Origin: an uncultured Spirochaetota bacterium
GTDB taxonomy: Bacteria; Spirochaetota; Brevinematia; Brevinematales; JAOACQ01
DNA: 64,000 nucleotides
Reading direction: 5' to 3'
Assembly (NCBI GenBank): GCA_963783575.1
Contig: CAWAOD010000014.1
Location: forward strand, 32,001-96,000
Positions 44,092 to 54,370 of the stretch are shown here, piece after piece. Every line of letters begins with the position of its first letter. The stretch's first letter is position 1. The notes below the pieces were generated by a model, which made no database searches, was not told where the DNA came from, and saw nothing but the letters and a program-made list of their open reading frames with translations. Made by a program: the position numbers and the translations under genes.

Positions 44092-44892
44092 TTACTTGCA
44101 CATTGAAAATAAGTCATTTAATTCTTTTAGTTGCTCATTTTCTGTTTGTAATCGCCATCTATTAGTATCAATTGTCGTAGAAAAGTTCCATGAATTCACT
44201 AATAGGGCATCCATAAAAAGTGGGTTAATTGAACCAAATAAATAATACCTAGAATGAACGTTAGGATCATTAACAACATTAAGAAGCAATTCTAATACTT
44301 TAGGGGTTATACTATTTTTTTGTATCCATCCAGATACTTCAATTTTATTTATCCAATTAGAATCAGAAATATCTAAAAAATCCATATCTCTGATTGGTAT
44401 TGAAATCATATTATTTTTAGTTTCATTAAGTTTTTGAAAGAAAAAATTCCTTCTTGCATTATCATATTTAGCATAATATTCATTAAGAGTAATTACTTTT
44501 AACTTTCTATTACTGTCTAATTGATTCCAAAATACTTTTATCTGTTGAAGTGTTAAAACAGAATTAGGATCTAATAGATTAATACTATTATTAAACATCC
44601 AATTTGCATGAGATGATTTTACTCCAAATGAAATAACTTTATTATTATCTATTATTTGAAATTGCTGGTTTTTAATTTTTTTCTTTGCTAATTCACTATT
44701 AATATAATCAACTATCTTATTAAAAAAATAATTTTGATCTTTTGAAGAAAAATATGTTTTAATAAATTTCAAATCTTTTAAAGCATGATCCACATCTGAG
44801 CTTCTATACAAAATAAGAGAAAATAAAATTATTATTGATACAATAGATATATTAAAAGATATTCTTTTGGCCTCTTCAAATAAACTTTTCAT
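44092..44892 (-). CDS. Hypothetical protein with N-terminal TM segment, possibly truncated
   Basis: 266-aa ORF, very AT-rich, GAAGGA RBS. Confidence 0.55.
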   Translation of the reverse strand: MKSLFEEAKRISFNISIVSIIILFSLILYRSSDVDHALKDLKFIKTYFSSKDQNYFFNKIVDYINSELAKKKIKNQQFQIIDNNKVISFGVKSSHANWMFNNSINLLDPNSVLTLQQIKVFWNQLDSNRKLKVITLNEYYAKYDNARRNFFFQKLNETKNNMISIPIRDMDFLDISDSNWINKIEVSGWIQKNSITPKVLELLLNVVNDPNVHSRYYLFGSINPLFMDALLVNSWNFSTTIDTNRWRLQTENEQLKELNDLFSMCK

Positions 44893-44931
44893 ATTATTTC
44901 CTTCACATATTTTAAAACTAATGATAAATCA

Positions 44932-45264
44932 TTATTTTTTTCCTTTCTCCTCCATAATCCGCTTCACCACCTCTTTCAACGTTTCATCTGCCTGATAATC
45001 ACTTTTATTGGTAAGTACCTGCTTTAGCATTCTTCTCCCAGAACTTTTCTTCAATTCTTTTTCACGCAATAGCGCTTCTTTAAAAGAATCAAAACATTCC
45101 AGATAAAACAAGCGAACCGGTTTATATTTTTTTGTCCAATTGGCTCCTCTGCCGGATAAATGCTGATTCCAGCGGTTGATTACATCCTCAGTCTGTCCGA
45201 TATATACAGATTTATTCTCACACTCAATAGCATAAACAAACCAATGCTTATTTTCAGTGGGCAC
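44932..45264 (-). CDS. GIY-YIG nuclease family protein
   Basis: FVYAIEC...VYIGQTED...RWNQH..G.GA.WTK...E..LK. Confidence 0.85.
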   Translation of the reverse strand: MPTENKHWFVYAIECENKSVYIGQTEDVINRWNQHLSGRGANWTKKYKPVRLFYLECFDSFKEALLREKELKKSSGRRMLKQVLTNKSDYQADETLKEVVKRIMEEKGKK

Positions 45265-45269
45265 TATTT

Positions 45270-45462
45270 TTAATCCTTGATTTTTTTATTGTAGTTTTCT
45301 AACTTTTGCTTTTCTTCTAAAATACATTTAAGGAGTTTTTCAGCAGTTTCATCATTCGGGGCTGGTTCTAATTCAATTTCTTTCCACAATTTTAATTTCC
45401 TCTTCAGCCAGTCTATACAGTTCATAAACCAGCTTATCTATTTTATTATCCGGAAATTCCAT
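45270..45462 (-). pseudogene. Fragments of restriction-modification genes
   Basis: IDKLVYELYRLAEEEIKIVE (like type IIG C-termini) and PNDETAEKLLKCILEEK (like HsdS C-termini). Confidence 0.5.
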
Positions 45463-45998
45463 AAATTAATTCCAAATGATTTTTAATGATTGATTATACA
45501 TCTAACGTTTCTTTCTGGCAAGACATAAAATTAATTTATAATGATAGTTTTTCAAACTTCCCTTATAGCCCTACTTTTTCATTAAGATTATTTTATACAC
45601 AAACTATGTTTCCAGTGACTATAAGACAAGAAAAACATAAAATTGAGGGTTAGGGGAATTATAAAATTCAAATACTGGATTTGACTTTCCCTTATTAAAA
45701 TTATAAGAATTTTCACCAGGAGATTTTATGGAGTCCCGTTATATTGAATACAATGGCAAGTAATACCAGGTGCAAATTAGTAAAGTATCACATGGCTATG
45801 TTACTGAAATTTTGGATAATGATAATATTCTCACTTCTTTCAATTCTAGGAAACCAGCTACAGATGAAGTGATTAATGGGACACTTGAAACTAAAATCTA
45901 AGATGGGTAATGAGAAGGAAGGGGATTAGATAATTTACTCATGGCGGGAAATTTGTTTTGTTTTTCACGTTGTTGTGATGTTTGCAAAAACATATTCA

Positions 45999-46826
45999 TC
46001 ATAATATTTCTTTTATAAAATTTTCTAAATTATAAGTTTTACATTTTATTGTAACCAGGAAATTATATAAGTTTTCAACTTGCTTAATTTTTTTATCATT
46101 TTTCATTCTATTAATTAAATTGAATCTTTCATTATCCAAAATAGCATAATCATAATAGGGTATATAAGTTAGATGCCAATAATCTCCTAAATCAGAATCT
46201 TTTGCTTTTTTATTTTGAATATAATATTCATAAAATATTGATATAGTTACAATATTACGAGATTTAAAACATTCTTCTATTATATTATCTTTATTCCTAT
46301 ATTTATCTATAAACCATTTATGATATATATATAAATCTTTTATTAAATTAGTTTTAAGATATAACCAAGTTTGAAAAACTGAGTATTTACCATCTTTCTC
46401 GGGCAAAAATTTTTTCTTTTCATTAATTATGTCACTCAAAATTTCTTTACTATATATTCTATATTCATTTTCAAATTCAGATATTTTATCATTAAAATTG
46501 ATTTCAAAATCTTTTTTAACAATCCATTTATTATTTCCTAATTGAGAAGAATGCAAAGCAACAGGTAACTCAATCTCATTTGGATAATTATCTACTTCTT
46601 CTTTAAATAACACATCAATATTTTTTGTAATAACAAATGGAATTGAAACAAAAAAATCTAATATATTACCCCAACTTGATTTCCATTTATAAATTTCTAT
46701 TAAAACAAGAATATTTATTGCTAACGTTAATTTATTAGAATCAATGAAATCAATAACTTTATTTCTAAATTCACTATTTTGGGTTATCTTTGCTAAAGCA
46801 AAAGTATCAATAAAAATAAAATTCAT
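45999..46826 (-). CDS. PIN-domain-like hypothetical protein
   Basis: IFIDTF N-terminal strand, LIEI, late DSDLGD acidic motif. Confidence 0.5.
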   Translation of the reverse strand: MNFIFIDTFALAKITQNSEFRNKVIDFIDSNKLTLAINILVLIEIYKWKSSWGNILDFFVSIPFVITKNIDVLFKEEVDNYPNEIELPVALHSSQLGNNKWIVKKDFEINFNDKISEFENEYRIYSKEILSDIINEKKKFLPEKDGKYSVFQTWLYLKTNLIKDLYIYHKWFIDKYRNKDNIIEECFKSRNIVTISIFYEYYIQNKKAKDSDLGDYWHLTYIPYYDYAILDNERFNLINRMKNDKKIKQVENLYNFLVTIKCKTYNLENFIKEIL

Positions 46827-46923
46827 TACTTTTCCTTAAATATGCAGTTGTTTTCTGAATTGTTCACACAACAAAATGGTCAGAATGGATTGATGAAGCA
46901 ATAAAATAATAACTTTATTATAA

Positions 46924-47428
46924 TTATAATTGTTTTCTAAGTATTAACTTAGGAATAAATTTACCATTATTATCATTATAAACAATAATTAGAAATCTAT
47001 CACTACTATTTCCTAAGATATAACTATTTATAGATTGTTCAAAATTATTAAATAGGACTTCTATTTCTTCTTTTATTTTTGTTTGACATATCATTATTCT
47101 TTTTTCTGCATTTGATAAAAGTAATTTTTCGAAGTCATATTTTATTGCAGGCCAATTCATTTCCCATTCAGATTCTAAAGTTAATGAAACTGTTATTAAT
47201 CTTTCATTCAAATCATTTTTATACCATACTAAATCATATAACCACCCTGGGGAAAATCCAGGAGTTGCACAGACACTATAACCTAATCCTTCACCCAATT
47301 CTCCCTATTATTTCTTTAATTTTATTAGTCCATATTTTATTACTTCTCCAACTGTTCTGATGTGCTTGTGTGGAAAACTCATTTAATGAATCAACGATTC
47401 TTTGTTCAATATCATCTAAATTTATCAT
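46924..47428 (-). pseudogene. Possible PD-(D/E)xK nuclease-like gene with one frameshift near 47303
   Basis: AGGAGG + ATG 47428 (MINLDDIEQRIV) joins ORF 46924-47298 with one base removed; WLYDLVWY...LESEW. Confidence 0.5.
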
Positions 47429-47488
47429 ATAAACCTCCTACTTATTATATTTTTTCTATTGAGTAATTCGTCAACTTTATTACTATCT

Positions 47489-47511
47489 GGGAAATTAGTT
47501 TATCATTTCCA
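47489..47511. mobile_element. Solo IS21-like end 1
   Basis: AAATTAGTTTATCATTTCCA identical to the last 20 bp of the IS (to 42866). Confidence 0.7.
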
Positions 47512-47543
47512 ATTAGGAGCACAGCTTGTAGCGGTTGTTAGAT
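47512..47543 (-). other. Truncated attC-like site
   Basis: Minus strand ATCTAAC-AACCG-CTACAAGC just after the stop, fitting the R''-spacer-L'' layout; abuts an IS21-like end. Confidence 0.55.
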
Positions 47544-47559
47544 TACATTGGCCGTTGTT

Positions 47560-48438
47560 TTATTCATTTTTTTTTAATTCACTAAAATACTTTTTATTTA
47601 TTTCATAAATTTTTAGAAATTTACTATAATTACCTAAATCTGAATATACTTTCAACTTATCAATATCTTCTTTTTTATATTTTATCATAATATTTGTGAT
47701 CATAAAAATTGTCATAATTAAAGAAAATAATAGTGTAACAAAGAGTAAAATAACTCCCTTTATGGATAGCATTGATTGATAATTTAGAATATTTGGATTA
47801 TTATTATCTACGGGTAAAAGGCATAAAGGAAAAATAACACCTATATAAAATAGAATCAATATAATTATAATTGACCAAAATATCAATATAGATGATTGAG
47901 GATTTATCTTTATTTCATTTATAAAATTATTGATTAATTGTATGTTCTGACTAATCTCTATTATAAGATTATTTATTGATTCTTTTTCTTCATTTATTTC
48001 GTTAGTATTTAGCATTGACAAATGAGGAAATGAAGTAGGTATAAGACTCCCAAACATTGCTTTTTTTTCTTGTGTTTTTTTATAATTTTTTATTCGTGAG
48101 TCAATTTCATGAAGAATTTCGACTCTATCATCGAATAAAGAGAATTTTAATGAGTTATAATATTCCAAACTACTTTTTTTTATTCCATTCTTTTCTAAAT
48201 TATCATTTAGTTCTTCAAATTCTCTTTTTCTAATATTATTATTGTACCAAGTAAAATATCTGTTATTAATCTTTTCTTTTAAACTTTTAGAATTTAAAAT
48301 AAATTCAGATAATTTATCATTATTAACTTTATAAATAGCTTGATTTGAAATAATTTTTGTTATAATGAATGATCCTATTAAACCAACAATTGCCGCTATT
48401 GATTGTGATAATGAACTATAAAGCCAATTCCAATCCAT
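47560..48438 (-). CDS. Hypothetical membrane protein in a cassette-like unit
   Basis: 3 TM segments; flanked by GTTAGATG and ATCTAAC core sites. Confidence 0.65.
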   Translation of the reverse strand: MDWNWLYSSLSQSIAAIVGLIGSFIITKIISNQAIYKVNNDKLSEFILNSKSLKEKINNRYFTWYNNNIRKREFEELNDNLEKNGIKKSSLEYYNSLKFSLFDDRVEILHEIDSRIKNYKKTQEKKAMFGSLIPTSFPHLSMLNTNEINEEKESINNLIIEISQNIQLINNFINEIKINPQSSILIFWSIIIILILFYIGVIFPLCLLPVDNNNPNILNYQSMLSIKGVILLFVTLLFSLIMTIFMITNIMIKYKKEDIDKLKVYSDLGNYSKFLKIYEINKKYFSELKKNE

Positions 48439-48756
48439 AATTACCTCAAATAAAAAAAAACTAGGGCATAATGTCATCTAACTCGATTTATTGAAGTTTG
48501 TATATCCCGGAAAATTATGGGTAATATTCGAACTTATTATATTACATTTAATAACCTTATTATTACAATGTAGTTTATTTAAATTTTTTATAATCAATCA
48601 AGAACTATTTTTATTAATAGGTTATAGTGTATAACGTTCTTATAATATACCCTTTCAAAAATTAAGTCAAGCGAAAAAACTAGGAACAACACTTATTACT
48701 TTTTAATCTAATAAGCTAGACTAATATTTAAACTTTGGAAGAGACAAATAGGGAAT

Positions 48757-49581
48757 TTAGTTTATTATTTCTAATTGTTCAACATTATTTTTTCTCTGGA
48801 AAATCTCCTTTTCTATGGAACCTGCTACTATATCAATTTCTGTTTTATTTACTTTAATTTCTTCTTCCAGGGTTGAAATCTTTTTAAAAACATACTGAGA
48901 AATAGTTTCTCTAATCTCTGGTGTCATGTTCATAAACCGAAAAGCACAAAAATTCTCCTGGTAGGACACAACAATACCATTAATAAATATATTTTTTCCA
49001 TCTAAAATGAATTGAATGTTTTTAACTTCTAAGCCAACTATTAATGAATCAACTGGGAATATCCCGATTAATTTGGCTGCAACACCGCCAATACTTATAT
49101 CTTTTATCTGGCCTATAATCAACTTCGAATTATTTGGTGAGCGAAATTTCATTCCAATATTATCATCTATTGATATTCGAACAAACTTCCTTTCAGGCGG
49201 AACGCCAAGAACTTTTTGATATGTATTTATAATATATTTGTAAATAAAATCTTCAGAGGAATCATTCTTAATAAATCCTATAATGCCGCATTGAATTGCA
49301 GATATAATGTCATTTTTATCTATAGAACCTATGTGAAGAATTACAGTTGTTTTATTCACTAATTCAGATGAATGCTTTTTAATTTGCCTCACTAGTTCAA
49401 AGACAGTTGCAAAATTCTCTTGTATAGCATCCAAAATTACTATTTCGGGATTGAGTTGCAAGATTTTGTTGTTTATATTTTCAGGCCGTACCGTGTGAAA
49501 TAGATTTATTCCTGATGGTATCAATGCATTGACAAATGTATTTCTAGTATAGTATGACTGTGTGTATATTAAAACATTCAT
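48757..49581 (-). CDS. Receiver-like + PilZ domain protein, paralog 1
   Basis: ERKFVR (RxxxR) and DISIGG c-di-GMP motifs; N-terminal REC-like fold. Confidence 0.85.
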   Translation of the reverse strand: MNVLIYTQSYYTRNTFVNALIPSGINLFHTVRPENINNKILQLNPEIVILDAIQENFATVFELVRQIKKHSSELVNKTTVILHIGSIDKNDIISAIQCGIIGFIKNDSSEDFIYKYIINTYQKVLGVPPERKFVRISIDDNIGMKFRSPNNSKLIIGQIKDISIGGVAAKLIGIFPVDSLIVGLEVKNIQFILDGKNIFINGIVVSYQENFCAFRFMNMTPEIRETISQYVFKKISTLEEEIKVNKTEIDIVAGSIEKEIFQRKNNVEQLEIIN

Positions 49582-49699
49582 ACTTTATCCAATCCTTATA
49601 TTTCCACTATTAAATTATTATAACACAATTGATTTGAAAACGTATCACCCATGAGGGGTGATATTGGCAAAAAATTTCTTTAATAAAAGATAAGGGTTG

Positions 49700-49767
49700 T
49701 ATGGAAATTTTATTTGTGACGGGTATGGGAAAATTGCTTGTAACTACCCTGGGGTTTATCATTTCCA
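49700..49767. mobile_element. Solo IS21-like end 2
   Basis: TTTGTGAC.GGTATGGGAA...CTACCCTGG..GTTTATCATTTCCA aligns to 42793-42866. Confidence 0.75.
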
Positions 49768-49831
49768 CTATTTTCCTGGGGAATCCATAATTCTTTATTT
49801 CCGGGATAGCACAATTTTATTTATCTTCTGA

Positions 49832-50659
49832 CTATACAATAGAATCTTGTTCATCATTATTTTGGCCCTGGGGATTTTCCTTTTCTCCAGAAACAGCAGT
49901 ATCGATGGTTTCTGTCTTACTTACTTTAATCTCTTCTTCAATAAGCGCAATCTTCTTAAAAATATACTGAGAAATGGTTTCTTTAATCTCGGATGACATA
50001 CCAACAAAAAGAAAAGCACAAAATTTCTTCTGATAAGCTACGATAACGCCATCAATAAATATGTCTTTCCCATCTAAAATAAATTGCATATTCTTAATTT
50101 CTGAACCAACTGTAAAAGAATCCTGCGGAAATGTTCCAATCAATTCGACAGCGATACCGCCAAGACTGATATCTTTTACTTGACCAATAATCAACTGTGA
50201 ATTATTCGGCGAGCGAAATTTAATTCCAATACTATCATTATGGTCGATTATTACTCGAACATATTTCCTTTCAGGCGGAACCCCTAGAACTTTTTGATAG
50301 GTGTCCATAATATATTTATAAACAAAATCTTCTGTGGAATTACTTTTAATAAATCCAATAACGCTGCACTGAATAGCAGATGTTATATCTTGTTTATCAA
50401 TAGAACCTATTAGAAGAATTATAGCTGTCTTTTTTACTTCTTCAGAGGAATGTTTTTTTATTTGTTTCACGAGTTCAAATACTGTAGCAAAATCATCATG
50501 TATCACTTCAAGAATTACTATTTCTGGGGAGTGCTGTAAAATTTTATTATTGAGATTTTCAGGTCGTTCTTCATGATATAAATTTATTCCAGCTGATAAT
50601 AATGCATTAACAAAAATGTTTCTGACATAGTATGACTGTGTGTATATTAAAACATTCAT
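49832..50659 (-). CDS. Receiver-like + PilZ domain protein, paralog 2
   Basis: ERKYVR and DISLGG; similar to paralog 1 over its full length. Confidence 0.85.
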   Translation of the reverse strand: MNVLIYTQSYYVRNIFVNALLSAGINLYHEERPENLNNKILQHSPEIVILEVIHDDFATVFELVKQIKKHSSEEVKKTAIILLIGSIDKQDITSAIQCSVIGFIKSNSTEDFVYKYIMDTYQKVLGVPPERKYVRVIIDHNDSIGIKFRSPNNSQLIIGQVKDISLGGIAVELIGTFPQDSFTVGSEIKNMQFILDGKDIFIDGVIVAYQKKFCAFLFVGMSSEIKETISQYIFKKIALIEEEIKVSKTETIDTAVSGEKENPQGQNNDEQDSIV

Positions 50660-50734
50660 ATTTTATCCAATCAATATTTTACCTATTAATTCAGATATAA
50701 GTCAATAGAAATCACATAATTATAATTGTATTAT

Positions 50735-50868
50735 TTGGGAATTTCAATATTCTTACTATTGGTAATACTACCATAGGGGCTATGGGAAAAACACTCGTAA
50801 TATGTTGGGCTTGGAGTAGGGCGGAAATTTATTTGGAAGCAAGGGTGGTATTTAGTTTATTATTTACA
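50735..50868. mobile_element. Degenerate solo IS21-like end 3
   Basis: TGGGAATTTCA, TATGGGAAA and GGTATTTAGTTTATTATTTACA resemble the IS end and its subterminal repeats. Confidence 0.5.
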
Positions 50869-51009
50869 ATAATCTAGTTGATTTTAATTTGCCAAAGTTT
50901 AATGGTAACTAGGGTAATATTAGGTGCTTTTGTTAAGGGAATAGAACAGATATACCTTATTGAACAGTTATATGATGTATTGGTGCCTATATTGGAAAAT
51001 AACTCTATT

Positions 51010-51582
51010 TTAATAAATAAAAGGTATTAATCGCTTTGTTTTATTCATATATTCAATATATTTTGAACCAAAATGTTCTATTAGTGCTTTTTCTTCAGCA
51101 TATATTCGGTAACTTATTGAAATAAAAGTTGGAATTATCATAATACAAATACAAATCCAATTATTCATGGCTATACCGCTGCCTGATAAAGCTAATAAAC
51201 TCCCTAAATATGCAGGATGTCTGATAAATTTATATATGCCTCTGTCATATATTTTATGGTTCTGAACAATGGTTACAGAATATGTAAATTGTCCCTTTAA
51301 TGTTAATATGGCACTAATTCTAATAATAATTCCCAATATAATAAAGAATAATCCAAATATCAACAGATAAATCGGATTTCGAAATAATATTCCATAATGT
51401 TGATTAAAGTAAATATTAAATGAAATAACATATCCTAATCCAATAGATACATTAAATAAGATTAGACTTCCCTTATCTTTATTCTTTTCAACTTTTGAAC
51501 TAATTTGTCTTTTAATACCATTAATTAATTCAAATATTCCCCAAGATAAGGCTACCACAGGAACAATATATTTCTCTAACAT
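51010..51582 (-). CDS. Isoprenylcysteine carboxyl methyltransferase family membrane protein
   Basis: GIYKFIRHPAYLG, RIYAEEKAL...FG..Y..Y...RLIPFIY. Confidence 0.9.
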   Translation of the reverse strand: MLEKYIVPVVALSWGIFELINGIKRQISSKVEKNKDKGSLILFNVSIGLGYVISFNIYFNQHYGILFRNPIYLLIFGLFFIILGIIIRISAILTLKGQFTYSVTIVQNHKIYDRGIYKFIRHPAYLGSLLALSGSGIAMNNWICICIMIIPTFISISYRIYAEEKALIEHFGSKYIEYMNKTKRLIPFIY

Positions 51583-51640
51583 AAAGACTAACTCCTTTAT
51601 TGCATTTTTATATTAATCGAAAATATTTTTTTATTTTAAA

Positions 51641-51703
51641 CTTGCCAACGGTCCGACTTCAGAAAATGGGTAGCACTTTTTCTAAAGGTTTGATGTTGCT
51701 GGC
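51641..51703 (-). other. attC-like imperfect palindrome
   Basis: Minus strand CCAGCAAC...GTTGGCAAG, ~60-nt imperfect stem with bulges, between two minus-strand ORFs. Confidence 0.45.
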
Positions 51704-51843
51704 TGCTGTACAAATTAAAAAACTTAAATCTTCTATTTTAGCAATATTTTGAACTATTATCGGTTTAAACCCTAATGCTTTCCAGGTATTTTCAGCATCC
51801 ATTATTTTGAAATTGACATTAAAATTCATTTTTTAATTCCTTT

Positions 51844-52359
51844 TTAAAGAGCTATCCAGTATCTTTGCTTAATTTTGTCTCCTTCAGTAACTTCATTTTC
51901 AAGAACACCTCCGTTAGCTATTATTGTTTTAGCTGAAGCGATGTTATCATTATCACAAGTAATAAGAATTTTTTTTATATTCATTTCAAAACATTTTCTT
52001 AATGCCAGATTTAGCATTATCTTTGCATATCCCTTCTTACGTTCTGATGGGCGGATTCCATATCCTATATGCCCTCCATAGTTGAACAGATAGTCATTTA
52101 ATATATGACGTATTTGTATTCCTCCTATTATTTATCCAAAATCATTTATCATAAAATACGAGCTTGCAGTGACCAAATCAGAAGGACAGGTTTCCTTTTT
52201 TTGAAAAGATAAGACATAATTCAACCGCGTTTTATAATCCTTATCTAATTGATTTATAAAACCCGGAACAATTTTTTCACCAGAATTCTTAAACTCATTA
52301 ATATAATCATTAAATGAAGATTCCATTTCTAATTCTGGGAAGACGAGCTTAAAACCCAT
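51844..52359 (-). pseudogene. GNAT acetyltransferase with in-frame TAA at 52132-52134
   Basis: Same frame continues IIGGIQIRH...GGHIGYGIRPSERKKGYA...RYWIAL*. Confidence 0.8.
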
Positions 52360-52573
52360 ATGATTTTATACCTCTTTATTACTAATTATTCTATTTATCC
52401 TTGGTTGGAACTTTTATCCAAATTTCAATAATTGTCTTTCATCAATAGGATATTATCCCACAATTAATCCAACAATCCAAAATAACAAAAATATCATTCA
52501 GAACCACCTCCAATCTTATTATTTCCCTTTATTATCAAAATTCCCTTGAGTCTGGCAAAGCTGTAAAAAGGGA

Positions 52574-53265
52574 AAGCAGGCAAAGCAAGGGGGAAATAAC
52601 AAATATCTATTATAATGGAAAATTCCGATTTATATACCTGTTTATATTGAACTAATAAAATAGATAACCATAATTATAAAGATAAAAATATTTGAAACCA
52701 GAGTAATTTTTTCATTAAACTCTTTCGGTTTATTTATAATATGCTGGATTCCAGCAAACCCTAAAAAAAGACCTCCCAAAAGAGCCCTACTATTCTCCAT
52801 GAAGGAACAAATATTGAAATTATTCCTACCAGCCCCATACTAATATTTGCAAAGCCTAATTCCTTAATAATGACGTAGCTTTCTGTCGTCTTCATATTAA
52901 AAATATTAATAGCTGTATATGAAGGAGAAATTGACTGCCTCAAACCTGCCGTAAAAAGTCTTATCCCAACCCAAAAAACAAACCATTTGCCAATTAAAGA
53001 CATAATTCCTTGATTACTTTTAGTTAACAATATTTCTAAAACAATAGAAATTATTGGCAGCATCAGCATTAACATAATTACGGAAAATAAGTAAAAATTG
53101 AAAGATCTTCTTTTCGTATTAACCATATATAACTCCATTTTACCAAATTTACAAAAAGATACAACCTTTATAATATAAATGGTATAGTTATTTGAAAGTC
53201 AATAACATAACTTTTATAAGTTCTTCCGGTTATCTCATAAGTTAAGCAGGCAAAGCAAGGGGGAA
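52574..53265. repeat. Perfect 22-bp direct repeat pair
   Basis: AAGCAGGCAAAGCAAGGGGGAA at 52574-52595 and 53244-53265. Confidence 0.75.
52642..53138 (-). pseudogene. Membrane protein (DUF6790-like), frameshifted near 52785
   Basis: KWFVFWVGIRLFTAGLRQ, ELGFAN; alternate frame continues GGLFLGFAGIQH. Confidence 0.6.
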
Positions 53266-53268
53266 GAG

Positions 53269-53699
53269 CTACTTACTATTATTGAAATAGCCCTGTGTCC
53301 TCTGTAGATTGAGAATATCATTCTGTTTTATAATAGATAAAACCATTTCTTCTCTGGGTTTGAAATTATCAGCAAGTTCAAATTCATTAATATGCTTCAA
53401 TAATGTGCCGTCTTTATGCTCAAAAAATGTTTTAATAGATAATTGATATACAAAAGAGTTAACGGCGGTCTTCTTATTAAGACTATTGTGAAATTTTCTG
53501 GAATGATAACTATCTCTAATTCCACATCACCCGATGGCGTTCCTCTCGATATAGTATGAATCAATCTTTCATTTTGGAATAATATTTCCTGTGTTACAGC
53601 TATTGGGTCAATCTTCTTCATAAAATCCACTTTTGAAATTTCATTAAAAGCCTTTTCTCTGGAGCAGTTCAAAATTATTTCTTCATTTATCTTAGGCAT
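53269..53699 (-). pseudogene. SRPBCC/START-like protein, frameshifted
   Basis: MPKINEEIILNCSREKAF N-terminus; coding-like sequence continues in another frame to 53269. Confidence 0.45.
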
Positions 53700-53729
53700 A
53701 ATGGCTTCTCCTTATTATTAGTTATTTTA

Positions 53730-54197
53730 TCAATAATTCAATGATAAAACTTTTCTAAGAGCAGGAACGGGAAGTCCCGATTTTTCAACCAAAACCTTAA
53801 GCTCTCCAGCAAGAAAGTTCATTTCATCAGGTGCTTGAGAAACATGATAGACCCCGCCAATTTCTAATAATTTTGTTTTCAGCAAAATTCGTAAAATTCC
53901 AACTATAATGAAACGAGGAATAATATAAACGATATTTGTTTCTTTAAGAAATATTCTATATCCGAGAGCCTTGATAACAGAATATGATTCCCGTGTTGCG
54001 TCCACCATAAGTTTTAAGTCTTCGGTAGATTTGGCCAATTCTCGTACATTCAATTTATATTTCATAACCAATAGGGCTATTCCAGCCTTGTATAATTCAG
54101 TAGCGCATGCACAACCATTTACACCAGCGCCTATCACAAGTATTCTTGCATTATCGGTTTTTATTATATGAATCCTAATAAAAATATAATTGAGCAT
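53730..54197 (-). pseudogene. Internally deleted ketopantoate-reductase-like gene
   Basis: Rossmann start RILVIGAGVNG joined almost directly to a C-terminal segment (APDEMNFL...SGLPVPAL). Confidence 0.55.
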
Positions 54198-54270
54198 ATG
54201 TATTTTTTCTTTTTGCGACTAATTGTTGTTCAAATTTAGACAAAATTAACTTATTAAACTGGCAATTGGC

Positions 54271-54314
54271 AATTAAATGGCACTTCTTCAAAAATGAGCA
54301 AGTGCCATTTAATT
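54271..54314. terminator. Long perfect hairpin downstream of the SDR gene
   Basis: AATTAAATGGCACTT-N14-AAGTGCCATTTAATT. Confidence 0.5.
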
Positions 54315-54370
54315 TTATTGTAAACATTCAACTTGTTATTGTGTATCGTGGTTTGCTAATTATAATGTTT

